A DNA stretch of 64,000 nucleotides from Coraliomargaritaceae bacterium (GTDB taxonomy: Bacteria; Verrucomicrobiota; Verrucomicrobiia; Opitutales; Coraliomargaritaceae), in NCBI GenBank assembly GCA_965656495.1, contig CBFHKU010000003.1:64001-128000 (forward strand), given 5' to 3'. The notes under the pieces were generated by a model, which searched no databases, was not told the DNA's origin, and saw only the letters and a list, made by a program, of their open reading frames with translations. Shown piece by piece: positions 40,305-50,097 of this stretch. The translations under genes and the position numbers were made by a program. Within the stretch, counting starts at the first letter, position 1. Each line of letters begins with the position of its first letter.

Positions 40305-40955
40305 ATGTCAAATGCAAGCTCTATCCGCTGCCTCATCACCGCCGGACCGACCCGCGAGTTCCTCGACCCGGTGCGTTTCCTGAGTAATCCCTCCACCGGT
40401 AAGATGGGTTTTGCCCTCGCCGAGGCCGCCCTCCGCCTCGGTTGGAATGTCGATCTCGTCGCCGGCCCCGTCAGCCTGCCCGAGCCCGAAGGCGCCATCC
40501 TATACCCCGTGGTAAGCGCCGAGGAAATGTTCCATCAGGCCGACGCCCTTTTCGATGCCTGCGATGTCTGCATCATGGCTGCCGCCGTCAGCGATTTCCG
40601 CCCCGCGCACTATCAAGCCCAAAAAGAAAAGAAGACCGATGCCGCCCTCAGCCTCCAACTGGAGCGCACCCCCGACATCCTCGCCACCCTCACCGAGCGC
40701 AAACTCCATCAAACCGTGGTTGGATTCGCCGCCGAGACCCAACACCTCGCCGAAAACGCCCGCGCCAAACTCGCCGCCAAACGCTGCGACCTCATTATCG
40801 CCAACGACCTCACCCAACCCGGCGCCGGATTTGCCACCGATACCAATACCGTCACCCTCTTCGCCGCCGACGGTTCAGACGAAACCCTCGGCCCCGCCCT
40901 CAAATCCGCCCTCGCCACCGAAATTATCCACCGCATCGCCCGCCTCCGCCCTTGA
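40305..40955 (+). CDS. coaB: Stand-alone phosphopantothenate-cysteine ligase
   Basis: [42 protein letters not shown]; no CoaC domain. Confidence 0.9.
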   Translation: MSNASSIRCLITAGPTREFLDPVRFLSNPSTGKMGFALAEAALRLGWNVDLVAGPVSLPEPEGAILYPVVSAEEMFHQADALFDACDVCIMAAAVSDFRPAHYQAQKEKKTDAALSLQLERTPDILATLTERKLHQTVVGFAAETQHLAENARAKLAAKRCDLIIANDLTQPGAGFATDTNTVTLFAADGSDETLGPALKSALATEIIHRIARLRP

Positions 40956-40984
40956 GCCCGCTTCCAGCATTGTCATCCCCTCAG

Positions 40985-41036
40985 TCTTACTCATACTCTA
41001 AATCCTAATCTTAATCCTACTCTTAATCTTAATCCT
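40985..41036. repeat. Hexamer array (TCYTAM)n, left arm of an inverted pair
   Basis: tcttac tcatac tctaaa tcctaa tcttaa tcctac tcttaa tcttaa tcct, then a C9 run at 41037-41045. Confidence 0.92.
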
Positions 41037-41064
41037 CCCCCCCCCATCTAAAACAACAGTCCAC

Positions 41065-41463
41065 ATGGCTTCCGCCCTCGATCACGAAAAATTAAAGGTG
41101 TATCAAAAAACCCTTCAATTTATCAGTGAGGTGGAAACGCTGCGAAGCGAAATCCCCAAAGGACACACCGCCGCAATCCATCTCGAACGAGCCGCGACCT
41201 CCATCGCACTCAACATTGCAGAAGGAAATGGTAAATATACCGCCGCAGACCGTTGCCGATTTTTTGATATTGCCCGAGGCTCTGCCACTGAATGTGCCGC
41301 AGCTCTGGACATCCTTAATGCAAAAGCAGTCCTCAGTAATGAGACTACAATTCCCGCCAAGGCCCTGCTTTCTGAAATTGTTGCGATGTTGGTCGGATTA
41401 ATTCGCAGTCAAAATTCTGGACGAACGCACGAACCTCCTCAGCCTTACAATGCAAAGGATTAG
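41065..41463 (+). CDS. Four-helix-bundle protein (23S rRNA intervening-sequence protein / TIGR02436-like family)
   Basis: HEKLKVYQK, LERAATSIALNIAEGNG, RFFDIARGSATEC, EIVAMLVGLI. Confidence 0.92.
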   Translation: MASALDHEKLKVYQKTLQFISEVETLRSEIPKGHTAAIHLERAATSIALNIAEGNGKYTAADRCRFFDIARGSATECAAALDILNAKAVLSNETTIPAKALLSEIVAMLVGLIRSQNSGRTHEPPQPYNAKD

Positions 41464-41489
41464 CTTGTGCTTTCTGAATTGTTGGAAAG

Positions 41490-41555
41490 GTTAGAGTGAG
41501 ATTAAGATTAGGATTAAGATTAGGATTAAGATTAAGAGTAAGAATAAGGGGAAGA
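41490..41555. repeat. Hexamer array (KTARGA)n, right arm, reverse complement of 40985-41036
   Basis: gttaga gtgaga ttaaga ttagga ttaaga ttagga ttaaga ttaaga gtaaga ataagg ggaaga. Confidence 0.92.
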
Positions 41556-41580
41556 GGAAGTTTATCATTTATAAAGGCAT

Positions 41581-42765
41581 ATGAAAAATACCGGGCTTGA
41601 TAAAATCCTGGGCCGAATTGAGGATCTCGACTCGGTCAACCTCGGTATTCTCGTCCAGCGCCTCGCCCGCGAGCGCAAACTTCAGGAAACCGTCTTCAAT
41701 ACCATTCAGGATGGCATCCTCGTCATTGATACCGATGGCATCGTGCAATACGCCAACGCCGCCGCCCTCGGCATCATCGGTCTCAAGGAAAACGACATCG
41801 GCACCGCCCGCCTCTGGAAAATGGTGCCCGACCTCGCCCGCTCCATCGACCCGCAAAGCGTGGACGGTTCCCGCGCCGCGAAACCCGTCCTCGCCCGCGA
41901 AGTCGAGCTCACCTATCCCGAACGCCGCTACCTCCGCCTTTATATGGTGCCCATTGCCACCCAGGTCGGCGCGTCCGATAGCGGCGGTTACGTCGTGGTC
42001 CTCACCGACGTCACCGAAGACAAGGTCACCCTCGAAGAACGCATCGAGAGCGAACGCATTGATTCCATCATGCGCCTTGCCGCCGGAGTCGCCCATGAAC
42101 TCGGCAACCCCCTCAACTCCCTCACCATCCACCTGCAACTCATCAAGCGTCAACTCGCCAAACTAGAAGCCGACGCCGGGTCGCCCGCCTCCAAATCCAT
42201 CGCCGATTCCCTCCAAATCTGCCAGGGCGAAGTTTCCCGCCTCGATGGCATCATTACCCATTTCCTCGAGGCAGTCCGCCCACAAAAACCCGAACTCAAC
42301 GAGATCAACCTCCTCGAACTCGTCGAGGAAGTCCTGCGCGTGCAGGAGGCTGAGCTCGTGGACCGCAAGCTCGAGATCGACATCGAGGTCAACGATACCC
42401 CGCCCGCCATTCTCGGCGACCGCGGACAAATCAAGCAGGTCTTTTTCAACGTCACCAAAAACGCCATGGAAGCCATGCAGGCCGGTGGACAACTCCGCAT
42501 CCGTACCGCCCTCGACGACGAATTCCTCACCCTCCAATTCATTGACACCGGTTCCGGCATCGCCGAAGCCGACCTCGCCAAAGTCCTCCAGGCCTATTAT
42601 ACCACCAAAGAAGAAGGCCATGGCCTCGGCATGATGATCGTCCAACGCATCATGCGCGACCACGGCGGACAAATCGGAATCGAATCCCGCGAGGGTGCCG
42701 GCACCGTCATTTCCCTCCAATTCCCCCTCCCGCATCGCCGCACCCGACTCCTCGAAGGCGATTAA
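41581..42765 (+). CDS. PAS-domain sensor histidine kinase (NtrB-like)
   Basis: [40 protein letters not shown]. Confidence 0.93.
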   Translation: MKNTGLDKILGRIEDLDSVNLGILVQRLARERKLQETVFNTIQDGILVIDTDGIVQYANAAALGIIGLKENDIGTARLWKMVPDLARSIDPQSVDGSRAAKPVLAREVELTYPERRYLRLYMVPIATQVGASDSGGYVVVLTDVTEDKVTLEERIESERIDSIMRLAAGVAHELGNPLNSLTIHLQLIKRQLAKLEADAGSPASKSIADSLQICQGEVSRLDGIITHFLEAVRPQKPELNEINLLELVEEVLRVQEAELVDRKLEIDIEVNDTPPAILGDRGQIKQVFFNVTKNAMEAMQAGGQLRIRTALDDEFLTLQFIDTGSGIAEADLAKVLQAYYTTKEEGHGLGMMIVQRIMRDHGGQIGIESREGAGTVISLQFPLPHRRTRLLEGD

Positions 42766-42828
42766 AAACAATTACTTGCGCATAAATGGTTGCATACCGC
42801 CAAATTCTCTTTTTTCTCCTCCGCTAGC

Positions 42829-43986
42829 ATGGCAAACGGTTTTAAAGAAGGAATACTCGCATTTGAAGACGGAACAATTTTCCGCGGACGCGCCTTTGGA
42901 GCCGCCGCCACCAAAACCGGAGAGGCCTGTTTCAACACCAGCATGACCGGTTATCAGGAAATCCTGACCGATCCCTCCTATTTCTCCCAGATCATCACCA
43001 TGACCGCCGTCCAGATCGGGAACTACGGTATTTGCCCCGAGGATGTTGAATCCGATGGCCCCAAGGTTAGCGGCTTCGTGGTGCGTGAGGTCAGCCCCCT
43101 CACCAGCAATTGGCGGAGCAACCAGTCCATCCAGGACTACCTCACCGAAGCAGGCATCCCCGGCCTCGAAGGCGTCGATACCCGCGCCATCACCAAAAAA
43201 CTCCGCGTCGCCGGTGCCCTCAACGCCTGCCTCAGCACCGAAGGCCTCAGCGATGAGGAAGCCGTCGCCAAAGCCCGCGATTTCGGCGGACTCGTCGGAG
43301 TCGATTTTGTCAAGGAAGTCACCGCCGCCGCCCCCTACGATTGGACCGCCCGCGGCGAGCCCTGCACTCCCTTTACCGTCGTCGGTACCGATATAAGCAC
43401 CGCCCCCGTTCCCCAGCAACGCTTCAAAATTGCCGCCCTCGACTTTGGCGCCAAATACTCCATCTATCGCCGCCTCCAACAACACGGCTTCGACGTCCAC
43501 GTCTTCCCCGCCAACACCCCCGCCGAGGCCATCCGCGAATTCAATCCCCAGGGACTCTTCCTTTCCAACGGCCCCGGCGATCCCGCCGCCGTCACCTACG
43601 CCCACGCCACCGTGCGCGAACTCATCGACCATTATCCCACCTTTGGCATCTGCCTCGGGCACCAGATCATCACCCACGCCCTCGGCGCCGAAACCTTTAA
43701 GCTCAAATTCGGGCACCGCGGCGGCAACCAACCCGTCAAGAATCTCGAGACCGGAAAAGTTGCCATCACCGCTCAGAATCACGGCTTCGCCTCCACCAAA
43801 GAAGAACTCGAAAAACACGGCGCCATCGTCACCGAGATCAACCTCAACGACCAAACCGTCGAAGGCCTCCGCCTTAAGGACCGCCCCGTCTTCTCCGTGC
43901 AATACCACCCCGAGGCCGCCCCCGGCCCCAACGACGCCGACCCCCTCTTCACCGAATTCCATCAACTCGTCGCCCAACACGTATAG
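42829..43986 (+). CDS. carA: Carbamoyl-phosphate synthase small subunit
   Basis: [45 protein letters not shown]. Confidence 0.97.
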   Translation: MANGFKEGILAFEDGTIFRGRAFGAAATKTGEACFNTSMTGYQEILTDPSYFSQIITMTAVQIGNYGICPEDVESDGPKVSGFVVREVSPLTSNWRSNQSIQDYLTEAGIPGLEGVDTRAITKKLRVAGALNACLSTEGLSDEEAVAKARDFGGLVGVDFVKEVTAAAPYDWTARGEPCTPFTVVGTDISTAPVPQQRFKIAALDFGAKYSIYRRLQQHGFDVHVFPANTPAEAIREFNPQGLFLSNGPGDPAAVTYAHATVRELIDHYPTFGICLGHQIITHALGAETFKLKFGHRGGNQPVKNLETGKVAITAQNHGFASTKEELEKHGAIVTEINLNDQTVEGLRLKDRPVFSVQYHPEAAPGPNDADPLFTEFHQLVAQHV

Positions 43987-44000
43987 GGTGTGGGTGGCTA

Positions 44001-44056
44001 AGGGGTGGGAAAGTGCAAAGGTGTGAAAGTGGGAAGGTTAGGGAACGTCAAAAGTA
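44001..44056. repeat. Octamer array (GAARGTNN)n directly after carA
   Basis: aggggtgg gaaagtgc aaaggtgt gaaagtgg gaaggtta, then gaacgtca aaagt. Confidence 0.75.
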
Positions 44057-44521
44057 ACCCACGCGCCAACCAATAGCATGTGTACCAGTGATGCCATTTT
44101 TTAAGGAAACGCATACAGAAGCTTCTTGGCTACGAAGCCTTCATGGTTAGAGCGGTCGATGGATCTGCATGACTTCGGTGCAGGTTTTTGAAAAACCAAC
44201 GGCAACCGAAGCGATAACAGGCATCCCGGTTCCTTTATGGAAGGGAAGCTTGCTTATTCGTTGAACACCCAAGCACAAAGCCCACCTCGAATGTGCGTGT
44301 CCCGGTTAACCGCAGGGTCCAAGCGGAACCCAATCTGCCGGACCGCTGCTGAATTCGGTATGGATGCGACTCCTGCAGCTATGTATTTCAATTTATGACT
44401 CAGCTGAAGCACAATCGCAAGCATCCAGCTTCTGTATTGCCCTAAGGCCAGCTTAGCTGGCGACCGCTAATGGGCGCTGATTTTCGCTAATCCTTAAAAC
44501 AAAAATATGAGCGGTTCCCGG

Positions 44522-44663
44522 CTCTGCGTTTTATATTCTAACGCGGAGGAGCTCTCAAACTCTGCGTTTATGATTTAACGCGGAGGAGCGGAGGATCAGA
44601 GGCTCTGCGTTTATGATTTAACGCGGAGGAGCGGAGGAGCGAAGGGCTCTCAAACTCTGCGTT
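44522..44663. repeat. REP-like palindrome array, left of the Doc-type TA pair
   Basis: CTCTGCGTT-(8-9 nt AT-rich)-AACGCGGAG at 44522-44548, 44560-44585, 44603-44628; extra half-site 44655-44663. Confidence 0.95.
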
Positions 44664-44709
44664 GGATAGTTGACTTGCAAATTATTGTGAAATCGCAGAT
44701 AGTAAAGGT

Positions 44710-44895
44710 ATGGATGCAATGGAAGTCATCGACCACTTCAAGCGCTTACCTGAAGAAGAACAAGGTAAGGTCGTTGAGTTCATCCGTAAGGATAGCTCTG
44801 CGAAAGTGCGCTATGCCGACGATGAGGCTGCCAAAGCTGCGGGCGAGGCTGTCTTTAATGAACACCCCGAAGTGTTCCGCAAGTTGGCACAATGA
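44710..44895 (+). CDS. Putative antitoxin of the Doc-type toxin
   Basis: 61 aa; ATGA overlap with the toxin; C-terminal FNEHPEVFRKLAQ resembles Doc-neutralising helices. Confidence 0.7.
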   Translation: MDAMEVIDHFKRLPEEEQGKVVEFIRKDSSAKVRYADDEAAKAAGEAVFNEHPEVFRKLAQ

Positions 44896-45275
44896 GCGAT
44901 CCGGTCTTTTTGACGACCGCTCAGGTAGAAGCTTATCACAGACGAGGCTTGGAGCTTTATGGCGGTTCCGAAGGTCTCCGGAACCGTTCTCTTTTTGAAA
45001 GTGCGGTAGCTCAGGCTCAGAACGTATACTGGTATGGAAATGGCGACCTGTATGACATTGCGGCGGCTTACTGCTACTATATCGCACAAGTCCAAGTGTT
45101 CCTTGATGGGAATAAAAGGGCTGCAACTGCTGCATGCTTGGCCTTCCTGAAGTTGAACGGTGTCAGAACTGATATTGAACTGACGATGCCTCTCTATAAT
45201 GCCTTGATTGATATTGCAGAACATCGCATGGACCGTGACGGTCTGGCGGGCATGCTTCGCGAGTTGCTCACATAG
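44892..45275 (+). CDS. Death-on-curing (Doc/Fic) family toxin
   Basis: YGGSEGLRN..LFESA, AAAY, FLDGNKR. Confidence 0.88.
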   Translation: MSDPVFLTTAQVEAYHRRGLELYGGSEGLRNRSLFESAVAQAQNVYWYGNGDLYDIAAAYCYYIAQVQVFLDGNKRAATAACLAFLKLNGVRTDIELTMPLYNALIDIAEHRMDRDGLAGMLRELLT

Positions 45276-45341
45276 CCGCAAAAGGGGGTTAAAGGTGGGA
45301 ACGTTGAACGACGGGCGTTGTTGAGTTGTGACCCTTTGCTG

Positions 45342-45473
45342 CTCTGCGTTTATGATTTAACGCGGAGGAGCAGAGGAGCAGAGGCTCTGCGTTTTATATT
45401 TTAACGCGGAGGAGCGGAGGAGCAGAGGGGCTCTGGAACTCTGCGTTTTATATTTTAACGCGGAGGGGCGCGG
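45342..45473. repeat. REP-like palindrome array, right of the Doc-type TA pair
   Basis: CTCTGCGTT-(8-9 nt)-AACGCGGAG at 45342-45367, 45385-45411, 45439-45465, with GAGCRGAG tails. Confidence 0.95.
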
Positions 45474-45474
45474 C

Positions 45475-47052
45475 TCAATTAAGGAGGGCGTTGGATTCGA
45501 GCCAGGTGAGGAAGTTGTCGGTGGCGGCTTGGGCGGTGTCGACGGGGATGCCGCCACGGGCGCGGACTTTTTCGGCTTCATTGGGTTCAAAGGTACGGAT
45601 GATGGCTTTGGCGGATCCGCTGCGAAGGGTGTCGAGGGCGACGCGGGCGTCGCGGCTGCGGCGCATGGAACAAAGCACGACACGGGCTTCGCGGGCATTG
45701 ACCTGTTGGAGGACGCGGGCGTCTGAGCCGTCGCCCTGGAGGGCATGGTTTCCGCGTTCCCGGAGTTGGCGGACCACGGAGGCGTCGTCATCGACCACTA
45801 TAACTTCGAGCCCGTGCTCGATGAGGAATTGCACAGTCTGGCGGCCCGCGCGTCCGTAACCGAGGAGGACGGCGTGATCCTTAAAGGTTTTAAATGCATC
45901 GCTGCGGGCGTAGCGGGGTTTGGGGTGGAGCTTCATGAGTCGCCAGGCGATGGAATCGCGCGACACCAGGGGGGTGAGGGTCATGGTGCCGACCGTGATG
46001 AGGGCGAGCATGGAGAAGAGTTCGGGGCTGAGGTGTCCGGCGCTCATGCCGAAGAAGGCGAGGAGGAGGGAAAATTCACTGGTCTGGGAAAGGAGGATGC
46101 CGGCTTCGAGGGCGGCGCGGGTGGAGTAGCCGAGCCGCTCGGCGAGGAAGGTGACGAGGAGGACCGTGACGAGGATGAGGACCAGAATAAGGACGAGGCC
46201 GTGAACCGCCATGGAGGCGGTGGGGAGGGTCAGGACAAAACCGATGCTGATAAAAAAGAGGGCGAGGAAGAAACCGGTGAGGGAATGGAGCATGCCCCGG
46301 ACGAGTCCATTCATGGGGAAGGCGGAGAGGACAAAGCCCGCGAGGAAGGCCCCGACGAGGTAGGGGAGGTCGAGGAGGTGGGCGATTGCGGAAAAGGTGA
46401 AGAGGGTGGCGAGGGCGCCGAGCATGAGGGTTTCTTCATCGGCGCTGAAGCGACCGCAGACCCAGGGGATAAGGCGTCGGTGGAGGAGGAGGGCGGCGGC
46501 ACCGAGGGCGAGGGCTTTGAGGAGGGCGGTAGCGCAGAGGAGGGGTCCGCCTGCCACCGCTTGCAGGCCTACGATCACGAGAATGATAAAGACGTCCTGC
46601 ATGAGGAGAACGCCCACTACGAGGCGTCCGTAGGGTTCAAAGAATTGGCGGCGTTGCTGGAGGTGGCGCACCGCCACGAGGGTAGAACTGGCGGAAAGTG
46701 CCGAGCCAATATAGAAAGCGGTCATCCAATCATAGCCGAGCCACCGCGCGGTGAGGCTCCCGGCGAGACCCAGCAAGAGGAACTGGGTGAAGGCTAGGAT
46801 AAGAACCGGTCGGGCGCGGCCTTTGACGCGGCGTGGGCTGAGGTCGGCGCCGGCGGTAAAGACGAGGACCGCGAGTCCGAGCTCGATGGTTTCACGCACA
46901 AGGGCGGGATCGATCTGGATTTGAAGGGCATCGGCGAGGAATTGGAGGCCGACCCCGCCGAGCATGAGGAGCGGGATGACGGGAAGTCGCACGAGCTTGG
47001 CGAGGCCAAAGGCGAGCGCTGCCACAAGGAGGAGGATGGCGTAACCGCTCAT
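45475..47052 (-). CDS. CPA2/Kef-type cation:proton antiporter with TrkA-N (RCK) domain
   Basis: [31 protein letters not shown]; start inferred at ATG 47052. Confidence 0.88.
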   Translation of the reverse strand: MSGYAILLLVAALAFGLAKLVRLPVIPLLMLGGVGLQFLADALQIQIDPALVRETIELGLAVLVFTAGADLSPRRVKGRARPVLILAFTQFLLLGLAGSLTARWLGYDWMTAFYIGSALSASSTLVAVRHLQQRRQFFEPYGRLVVGVLLMQDVFIILVIVGLQAVAGGPLLCATALLKALALGAAALLLHRRLIPWVCGRFSADEETLMLGALATLFTFSAIAHLLDLPYLVGAFLAGFVLSAFPMNGLVRGMLHSLTGFFLALFFISIGFVLTLPTASMAVHGLVLILVLILVTVLLVTFLAERLGYSTRAALEAGILLSQTSEFSLLLAFFGMSAGHLSPELFSMLALITVGTMTLTPLVSRDSIAWRLMKLHPKPRYARSDAFKTFKDHAVLLGYGRAGRQTVQFLIEHGLEVIVVDDDASVVRQLRERGNHALQGDGSDARVLQQVNAREARVVLCSMRRSRDARVALDTLRSGSAKAIIRTFEPNEAEKVRARGGIPVDTAQAATDNFLTWLESNALLN

Positions 47053-48692
47053 GACTGCACGAGCCCCTCCTTGAGCAGGATTTCTTTTTGTGCAATAGTA
47101 CCGTCGGCGGAGGGCATCAAGAGGTAGGCGGTTTCGAGGTCGAGCAAGTCGTCCACCATGGAAAGGTCGAAGGCATGAATGGCGCAGCGCACCCCAAAGG
47201 TTTTGCAACGATAGGCAAGGAGGTGATTAACGTCCTCGATTTGAAGAGCGGAAACCACCAGGCGGGCGCGGCGCAGTCCGATTTCCTCCACCACCGATTC
47301 GTATTCAACACTGCCGATAAAGGTTTCGGCTGCGCCGAGGCCGTCCAGTTTGCGGGGGTCGGTATCGACTGCGAGGACCGCTTGCCCTCTGGCGGCGAGG
47401 GCGGTTGCGATGGCGCGTCCCATCGCGTTCATGCCGACTATAATGCAATGCCCGCTGCGGGAATCCTCTGCCTCGGTGAGGGTCTTTTGTTTACCGCCGA
47501 GGAAGCGAAGGACGCCGCTCTTTTCGCACACCCGGTAAAGTGCGTTCGCGTGGAGGATGAGGTAGGAAGAGACCGCGATTGTGACGAGCCCCACCATCCC
47601 GCCGAGGGTGACGAGGGGCCCGCCTATGAGTCCGGAACTGGCACCGAGTGCGAGGAGGATGAAGGAGAATTCACTGACCTGCCCGGTGGCGATGGCGGTA
47701 TGGAAGGCGGTGTGAGCATCAAAGCGCATCCGGGTGAGGATTGTAAATACGAGGAGTGGTTTTATGAGGAGCACGAAAACGCTGAGGGCGAGCGCCGCGA
47801 CCCAGACGGTTCCGAAGTCCTGCACTTCCATGCGGATGCCGAGGGTCACGAGAAAGACCGCGATGAAGAAAGTCATGAGGGGGTGGAGGCGGCGATGCAG
47901 GTCTTCGTGCATCGGCAATTGCGCCACTGCGACGCCGGCGAGGAAGGCTCCGATTTCGAGGGAGAGATGGAATTGGTGAGCGAGGAGGACGATAAGGAAG
48001 CACCAGCAAAGCGCCCAGATAAAGATGGTATCGGGGGAGTTGGCGGCCCATGCAAAGGGGCGGGGCAGGAGGTAACGCGCTGCCGCAAGCACCACCAAGA
48101 GGAGTAGTGCCATCCCACCGAAGGCGACCCCAAGGCTTTTGAGGACGGGGCTCAGTTCAAAACTGGCACCGCTCCCGAGGCCGCTCAGGACCGTGAGGGC
48201 GAGGATTACGACAATGTCCTGCCCGAGGAAGAGGCCGACTGCGAGGCGGGCGTAGCGGCGGTGCATGTGCCCCTTTTGGTCGAGCAATTTAATGACGACA
48301 ACGGTGCTGCTGAAGGTAACGGTCGCGGCGAGGAAGACCGCGGGGAGCCATTCAAAGCCCAGGAGGCGCGCCACTGCAAATCCGCCAAGGGCGGTGAAGC
48401 ATACCTGAAAACCGCTCAGGAGGAGGGCGGCTTTTCCAAGGTCCTTGATTTTCCCGAAGCTCAGTTCGAGGCCGACGAGGAAGAGGAGGAGGGCGATGCC
48501 GAGTTCCGCAATGAGTTCGAGGGAATGATCGATCGCAACCAGCCCGAGGGCGGGGCCGAGCAAAAGCCCCGCGAGGAGGTAGCCCACCAGTGACGGCATC
48601 CCGATTTTTTTCCCGAGGAACGCAAAGGCGGTCGCCGCGAGGATGATGTAACCGAGGTCGAGGAGTAGGGTGACTTCTGAAAAACCGTCCAC
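47049..48692 (-). CDS. CPA2/Kef-type cation:proton antiporter with degenerate RCK domain
   Basis: [42 protein letters not shown]; start inferred at GTG 48692. Confidence 0.88.
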   Translation of the reverse strand: MDGFSEVTLLLDLGYIILAATAFAFLGKKIGMPSLVGYLLAGLLLGPALGLVAIDHSLELIAELGIALLLFLVGLELSFGKIKDLGKAALLLSGFQVCFTALGGFAVARLLGFEWLPAVFLAATVTFSSTVVVIKLLDQKGHMHRRYARLAVGLFLGQDIVVILALTVLSGLGSGASFELSPVLKSLGVAFGGMALLLLVVLAAARYLLPRPFAWAANSPDTIFIWALCWCFLIVLLAHQFHLSLEIGAFLAGVAVAQLPMHEDLHRRLHPLMTFFIAVFLVTLGIRMEVQDFGTVWVAALALSVFVLLIKPLLVFTILTRMRFDAHTAFHTAIATGQVSEFSFILLALGASSGLIGGPLVTLGGMVGLVTIAVSSYLILHANALYRVCEKSGVLRFLGGKQKTLTEAEDSRSGHCIIVGMNAMGRAIATALAARGQAVLAVDTDPRKLDGLGAAETFIGSVEYESVVEEIGLRRARLVVSALQIEDVNHLLAYRCKTFGVRCAIHAFDLSMVDDLLDLETAYLLMPSADGTIAQKEILLKEGLVQS

Positions 48693-48768
48693 GCATTCAT
48701 TGAGAGGCGTATTCCCGGCGGTGGCAATACCACGCAAGGTCTGGGGTAAAAATTTTCAAGCGCGCGAT

Positions 48769-50070
48769 TTATCGGTGGTCTTGAAGGTTTGGGGTTGGGT
48801 CGGATGCCGAAAGCCCTTGTATCCGGCTCATGATTTCACCGATGAGATAAATCGAGCCGGTCACGAGAATGGTTGCTCCGGGTTGTCCGGCGGTGCAGCA
48901 GTCTTTTGAAGGAAAGAGTTGAGCGAGGGTGTCGTCGCGGACGGGGATGGGGTAAGGGTCGGGCAGGTGGCGGCGGAGGCTTTGGGTGGAAGTGGCGCGG
49001 GGCTGGCTGGGCTCTACGAGGATGAGCTCGCGGGCATGGGGTGCGACGGTCTCGATGAGGCTGCGTCCGCGCTCCTCGCCAAGGGTGCCTGCGATGATGA
49101 TGGGTTTTTCTTTGAGCTGTTGCAGGTTTTCGGCGAGGTAGGCGGCGCCCTCGGAGTTGTGGGTGGCGTCGAGAATGAGGCTGCGATCGGGCAGTGCGAT
49201 GGTTTGCCAGCGGCCCGGCCAGTTTACTTGTTGTAGGGCGTTGTGTTTAGAAATGGGAAATCGTTGTTGGAGGATTTCGGTGGCATAGAGTGCAAGGCCG
49301 GCATTGTGCTGTTGGAACCTGCCGTGGAGGTTGGTCTCAGGCAGTGTTTCGGGATCGGGGAAACGTTCCGCAAGGGTATAAACGGGGCTTTGGCGTTCCT
49401 TTGCGATGGCGCGTAATGCGGCTTCGGCCTCGGGGGGAAGGAAACCAAACAGGACCGGTTTGTGGGGTTTGATGATGCCCCCTTTTTCGCGGGCAATCGC
49501 GCTCAGGGTATCGCCCAAAAGGTCGCAATGGTCGAGGCCGATGGAGGTGATAATGCTGAGTTCGGGGTCGACCACGTTGGTGGCGTCGAGGCGTCCGCCG
49601 AGTCCGGTCTCAATGAGCGCGAGATCGACTTGTGCTTCGGAAAAACGAAGGAAGGCCATGGCGGCCATGTATTCAAAAAAGGTGGGGCCGAGTTCGGGGT
49701 TTTCTTTGGCAAGGGTTTCGGCGAGGGGACGCATCCGGGCGGTGTATTCCATTAGGGCTGCTTCCTGCAATGGTTGACGGTTTACCTGAAGGCGTTCCCC
49801 AAGGTGCAGGAGGTGGGGAGAGGTAAAGAGCCCGGTCTTGTATCCATTGTCCCGATACAAAGCCTCGAGGATGGCACAGACGGAACCTTTGCCATTGGTG
49901 CCTGCGACGTGGATGAGGGGGAAGCGTTCCTGGGGGTTTTTCAGGCAGGCGAGAAAGGCCTGCATGCGCTCGAGGCCGTATTTGGAGCCTTGGTTGCGAA
50001 GGGCGTAAAGGAAATCGCAGGTCGCGGCATAGGGGTTTGCCGTGCTGCTGGAATCATTGGCCTCGTGCAT
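48769..50070 (-). CDS. folC: Folylpolyglutamate/dihydrofolate synthase
   Basis: [48 protein letters not shown]. Confidence 0.95.
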   Translation of the reverse strand: MHEANDSSSTANPYAATCDFLYALRNQGSKYGLERMQAFLACLKNPQERFPLIHVAGTNGKGSVCAILEALYRDNGYKTGLFTSPHLLHLGERLQVNRQPLQEAALMEYTARMRPLAETLAKENPELGPTFFEYMAAMAFLRFSEAQVDLALIETGLGGRLDATNVVDPELSIITSIGLDHCDLLGDTLSAIAREKGGIIKPHKPVLFGFLPPEAEAALRAIAKERQSPVYTLAERFPDPETLPETNLHGRFQQHNAGLALYATEILQQRFPISKHNALQQVNWPGRWQTIALPDRSLILDATHNSEGAAYLAENLQQLKEKPIIIAGTLGEERGRSLIETVAPHARELILVEPSQPRATSTQSLRRHLPDPYPIPVRDDTLAQLFPSKDCCTAGQPGATILVTGSIYLIGEIMSRIQGLSASDPTPNLQDHR

Positions 50071-50097
50071 TGCTTTGCCGGAGCCGGCCGTTGGGGT

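Noticed and set aside
41037..41045. C9 tract as a phase-variation switch
   Set aside because: Intergenic, in a C-rich region, and no promoter elements could be placed around it
41065..41484. Diversity-generating retroelement (Avd-like gene plus short repeat)
   Set aside because: No reverse transcriptase and no long template/variable repeat pair with adenine-specific differences
42772..43980. 402-aa antisense ORF, and similar ones at 35806-36690, 45745-46797, 47088-48107, 60379-61272 and 62250-63164
   Set aside because: Shadows of well-supported genes on the opposite strand, explained by biased codon usage; no recognisable motifs
44057..44460. Housekeeping ncRNA (tmRNA, RNase P, SRP) or tRNA
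   Set aside because: No diagnostic motifs recognised by eye; not excluded without a covariance-model search
44616..44667. Integron attC site (ATTTAAC...GTTGGAT fits RYYYAAC/GTTRRRY just before the TA genes)
   Set aside because: Only 52 bp, pairing runs straight on from AAC/GTT with no clear L boxes or extrahelical bases, other units end in GTTTATG or GTTTTAT, and no intI is in the window; an IntegronFinder run would settle it
43987..44700. Replication origin at the skew flip
   Set aside because: No DnaA-box cluster, no obvious unwinding element, no dnaA/dnaN nearby, and the left-hand skew appears to fade within several kb; kept only as an alternative explanation
45357..45791. 144-aa ORF with repeated SALKYKTQS
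   Set aside because: Translation of the palindrome array plus an alternative frame of the antiporter gene
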